Part shown: positions 36,852 to 38,259 of the stretch, piece by piece
How the letters are laid out: every line of letters starts with the position of its first letter
Position numbering within the stretch: position 1 is the stretch's first letter
Source of the DNA: Acholeplasmataceae bacterium
GTDB lineage: Bacteria; Bacillota; Negativicutes; Acidaminococcales; Acidaminococcaceae
NCBI GenBank assembly: GCA_012744295.1
Contig: JAAYIB010000021.1
Span: 1 to 38,259, forward strand
Direction: 5' to 3'
DNA length: 38,259 nucleotides
Notes under the pieces: generated by a model
What the model was told of the DNA's origin: nothing
Seen by the model: only the letters and a program-made list of their open reading frames with translations
Databases searched by the model: none
Program-made: the position numbers and the translations under genes

Positions 36852-38057
36852 ATGGAAAAAGAGTTCAGGTTCGGTACAATCGAACAAGCAATAGAAGATA
36901 TCAAGGCCGGCAAAATGATTCTTGTAACCGATGACGAGGACAGGGAGAACGAAGGAGACCTCATCATGGCGGCAGAGCTCGTCACGCCCGAGGCCATTAA
37001 CTTCATGGCCAAGCATGCAAGGGGTCTGATCTGTATGCCTGCAACGGCAGAAATCATGGACAAGCTTCAATTTGGTGCGATGGTAGCTCACAACACCGAC
37101 AATCATGAGACTGCCTTTTCAGTAACGATAGACCACATTGAAACGACTACCGGCATTTCGGCCTTCGAAAGGGCGCTGACAATAAGGAAGGTAACGGAGG
37201 ATTGTTCCTGCGCGATGGATTTTCGCCGCCCCGGACATGTTTTTCCTCTGCGTTCGCGGCAGGGAGGCGTGCTGAGACGCATAGGCCACACGGAAGCGAC
37301 AACCGATTTCTGCCTTCTGGCCGGCTTGAAGCCTGTCGGAGTCTGCTGTGAAATCATGAATGACGACGGAACGATGGCAAGGACGCCGGAATTGATTGAG
37401 TTTGCCAGGACGCATGGCTTGACCTTTGTCACAGTGGCCGCTCTTGTCGCCTACCGCAAGGCCCATGAGAAAATTGTCCGCAGGGCAGCCGTGGCGGATT
37501 TGCCGAGCAAGTACGGCAACTTCAAGCTGATAGCCTATGAGAATGATTTTGACGGCCTTTGCCATACGGCGATTGTCAAGGGCGACGTCGCGGGCAAGGA
37601 GAACGTGCTTGTCAGGGTGCATTCCGAATGCCTGACGGGAGACGCCTTCGGTTCGCTCCGCTGCGACTGCGGCGACCAGCTTGCCGAGGCGCTCAGGATG
37701 ATCGAGAAAGAAGGCCTGGGAGTCGTTGTCTATATGCGTCAGGAAGGCAGAGGCATCGGCCTCGCCAATAAAATCAAGGCCTACGAGCTGCAGGACGGCG
37801 GCTATGACACAGTCGAAGCAAACCTGAAGCTGGGTTTTGCCGCCGACCTCAGGGAATACGGCCTCGGCGCCCAGATTCTGTCAGACCTCGGCCTGACAAG
37901 CATCAGACTGATTACCAACAATCCCGCCAAAAGAGTGGGGCTTTCCGGTTACGGAATCAAGATAACGGACCGCGTGCCGCTGGTAGTCAAGGATAACGAT
38001 TTTAACCACGACTATCTGGCCTGCAAAGTGGAAAAGATGGGACATGTTCTAAAATAA
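36852..38057 (+). CDS. ribBA: Bifunctional 3,4-dihydroxy-2-butanone-4-phosphate synthase / GTP cyclohydrolase II
   Basis: AGGAGG precedes ATG 36852. The DHBP synthase motif [11 protein letters not shown] and the GCH II zinc motif HSECLTGD...CDCG are present. Confidence 0.95.
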   Translation: MEKEFRFGTIEQAIEDIKAGKMILVTDDEDRENEGDLIMAAELVTPEAINFMAKHARGLICMPATAEIMDKLQFGAMVAHNTDNHETAFSVTIDHIETTTGISAFERALTIRKVTEDCSCAMDFRRPGHVFPLRSRQGGVLRRIGHTEATTDFCLLAGLKPVGVCCEIMNDDGTMARTPELIEFARTHGLTFVTVAALVAYRKAHEKIVRRAAVADLPSKYGNFKLIAYENDFDGLCHTAIVKGDVAGKENVLVRVHSECLTGDAFGSLRCDCGDQLAEALRMIEKEGLGVVVYMRQEGRGIGLANKIKAYELQDGGYDTVEANLKLGFAADLREYGLGAQILSDLGLTSIRLITNNPAKRVGLSGYGIKITDRVPLVVKDNDFNHDYLACKVEKMGHVLK

Positions 38058-38075
38058 AGCATAAATGGAGGAATT

Positions 38076-38259
38076 ATGATGAAAACAATCGAAGGGCAAT
38101 TAAAGGCGGACGGACTCAGGTTTGGCATAGTGGCAGGCAGGTTTAACGAATTTATTACGGCAAAGCTGCTTTCGGGCGCAATCGATTGTCTCGTGCGCCA
38201 CGGCGCGAAGGCTGAGGACCTGGCGACGGCCTGGGTGCCGGGAGCGTTTGAAATACCCC
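38076..38259 (+). CDS. ribH: 6,7-dimethyl-8-ribityllumazine synthase (3' end truncated by the window edge)
   Basis: GGAGG precedes ATG 38076. [28 protein letters not shown]...VPGAFEIP is the canonical RibH N-terminus. Confidence 0.9.
   Translation, partial: MMKTIEGQLKADGLRFGIVAGRFNEFITAKLLSGAIDCLVRHGAKAEDLATAWVPGAFEIP

Noticed and set aside
1-38259. Whole-window scan for CRISPR repeats, IS or transposon ends, integrases, tRNA/rRNA genes, toxin-antitoxin pairs and defence-type ATPase/nuclease clusters.
   Set aside because: By eye I found no spaced direct repeats, no transposase- or integrase-like ORFs, no tRNA-like cloverleaf regions in the short intergenic spacers, and no abrupt compositional island. 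Gene content is core metabolism and translation.

Overview
This 38,259-bp chromosomal window looks like a Bacillota (Firmicutes) genome. It has AGGAGG-type Shine-Dalgarno sites, TTGACA/TATAAT promoters that are often TGn-extended, an S-box (SAM-I) riboswitch and an RFN (FMN) riboswitch. From about 18 kb to the end, every gene is on the + strand, in the classic housekeeping order yicC-remA-gmk-rpoZ-coaBC-(S-box metK)-priA-def-fmt-(DUF116)-rsmB-rlmN-prpC-prkC-rsgA-rpe. This block is followed by RFN-ribD-ribE-ribBA-ribH, with ribH cut by the window end. The first 18 kb is a looser mix of metabolic and maintenance genes: a LivJ-like binding lipoprotein, a TspO-like membrane protein, a phosphoribosyltransferase, a nitroreductase, a uridine-kinase-family protein, an M20 peptidase, ACT-UPF0210-nth, an ABC-F ATPase, ilvD, fabK and rqcH. 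I saw no rRNA or tRNA genes, CRISPR arrays, transposases, integrases, phage genes or recognisable defence genes. The window is mostly ordinary core genome and I cannot point to a convincing novel system. The least explained pieces are: (i) a self-contained two-gene operon at 11.1-13.1 kb (509-aa protein with no recognisable domain plus a zinc-ribbon membrane protein); (ii) an ABC-F ATPase whose second nucleotide-binding site appears degenerate; (iii) the Cys-rich DUF116 membrane protein between fmt and rsmB; (iv) the ACT/UPF0210 pair, with UPF0210 overlapping nth at TGATG; (v) a small Cys-containing protein with a Lys/Asn-rich tail. All family calls come from motif recognition by eye and no database search was run.
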